A stretch of 63,838 nucleotides of DNA, the filler included, from Rozella allomycis CSF55 (taxonomy: Eukaryota): NCBI GenBank assembly GCA_000442015.1. It is 11 parts of 11 records of this genome, joined end to end, with 100 filler letters (N's around TTAATTAATTAA, not from the genome) between each part and the next. Parts side by side here need not be neighbours in the genome. Positions count along the whole stretch, not along the records: positions 62,542 to 63,838 come from KE560943.1; 10 more parts are not named here. One strand, written 5' to 3'. Both the position numbers and the translations under genes were made by a program. The notes under the pieces were generated by a model. It did not search any database. It saw nothing but the letters and a program-made list of their open reading frames with translations, and was not told the origin of the DNA. Below, piece after piece: positions 62,442 to 63,838 of this stretch (position 1 is its first letter; each line of letters begins with the position of its first letter).

Positions 62442-63838
62442 NNNNNNNNNNNNNNNNNNNNNNNNNNNNNNNNNNNNNNNNNNNNTTAATTAATTAANNN
62501 NNNNNNNNNNNNNNNNNNNNNNNNNNNNNNNNNNNNNNNNNCGCGACAACACTAACAAACATATACATCAGGGAAAACCCAAATCTAACAAGAGGTTCCC
62601 GTCGTTAAAATGCAACCAAGTGTTCTACCAATACTTTGGTCCTAGTAAACGATCTGGAAGATCCATCTTTGAATGGTGAACTGGATTAGGTGTGACAGTT
62701 CTCCTCAGAACTCCCTCCATCCAGGCTGATTCCCAAAGAATTAAGATCAGAGTGTTTATGAAAAGCGGAAAAGCAATTTATAAATAAATCTATTTTAATT
62801 TCTTAAAAAAATTAATTAAATGTTCTGAGTTAATCAAGGAGATGACCTGATTCTCCGACAAATTTCTCTTTGAAGGCTTTATGAATATAGAATAGAATTC
62901 GTTTTCCACAAAATTTCATGAAATCTTCCGTGTCGAAAAGAAACAAGTAATTTAGACCAAATTCTTTTTGAAAAAGATTCGCAAATCGAAATCGAAAAAC
63001 CTATAGAACCAAATAGATCGTTGCTTCTATTCTTAGATCGCGTCTATTCTTAGATAATCTTAGATAATAGATCTGCTGGAACATCTATGTTACGACAAAT
63101 GCATATGTCTCAAGGCGAGAGCGATGCGTTAGAGACGGGAAAATTCAAGAAGAGAAACTTCCGTTCCGATAGGCACGACAATAACAAAAATGTTCATGTT
63201 GGAAGCCCACTAATTCAAAGCTCCCGTAGACTTTTGTCTTCATACGTATGTGTAACCACCAATCGCTGCTAACTTGCATGTTTGTAGGATATGTATTGCT
63301 CACAGATTATTATTAGTAGATGATATCATATGCTATTCGTGATACAGCGGCCCATTATGATGTTATTAGTTGTCGCGGCATACGCGACCGGCGTACCGTG
63401 CATTCACAAGCCATGCCTATATCGTAAACAGTCCTTTTGATATCGGTTGATTACCCAATACGTGTTGGATTTATAGACTGTACACTCGTTGTCCCCGTTA
63501 AGCATTTCAAACTGCAGAGTGGCGTTGCCTGAAATGAAATTTATTTAACGAGGGGATTCCGGTTACATCGATTTTGTAGCTGTAAGCTACCATCGTGTAA
63601 ACAAGACCATAGCAAGAGACTAAGCTTGTCGTTTCCTTTGGGCCGGCGTTGCCTGCCACAGGCCAGGTTGAATTCGACATGATGTCCACGATCAATGGAA
63701 CAACTTGGACTTTGGAAAATTATTATTTGCTGCCCAATGAAAAGTAATGGGACTGCGTCTTGTGTATAGCGCTTTCATAACCGAGAAGCTTGTCGAAAAG
63801 GAATATTTCTAAGTTGGTTCCGGGGCTCTTGACACAAT

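Noticed and set aside
62542-63838. Possible viral or transposon-derived sequence, and short TCTTAGAT repeats near 63025-63070
   Set aside because: Only broken reading frames with no recognisable hallmark motif. The repeats are too short and irregular to call.

Overview
Eukaryotic, AT-rich, very gene-dense DNA. It is not one locus: about 11 contigs/scaffolds are joined by ten artificial 100-bp spacers (N44-TTAATTAATTAA-N44), and 15 single-n joins mostly separate near-identical haplotype copies. Genes carry tiny GT-AG introns of 26-30 nt. The mix of a flagellar gene (CFAP251/WDR66), mitochondrial genes (ATP16, KGD4, LEU5-like carrier, mS38-like, RSAD1), a Crinkler-type effector header and micro-introns suggests a zoosporic endoparasite of the Rozella/Cryptomycota type (inference). 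Housekeeping genes include an eIF3f-like MPN protein, ABHD12-like hydrolase, ZPR1, NF1-like RasGAP, ZNG1/CobW, BYE1/DIDO, a Pex24p-dysferlin protein, ARB1/ABCF2, SET and ICMT-family methyltransferases, PRP4 kinase and VPS10. Several small contigs are Ty3/Gypsy and Ty1/Copia remnants. The best leads are: a signal-peptide, membrane-anchored orphan with an R-S-E ADP-ribosyltransferase-like motif set (34613-36245); an intronless, non-canonical class I isoprenoid-synthase-fold gene (14500-15855); a tRNA-derived SINE-like insert with a TSD interrupting a CDS (24515-24712); a catalytically dead ADAM10-like protein; a single-module ZPR1; a neurofibromin apparently lacking Sec14-PH; and a secreted paralog pair. 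All family calls come from motif recognition by eye; no searches were run.
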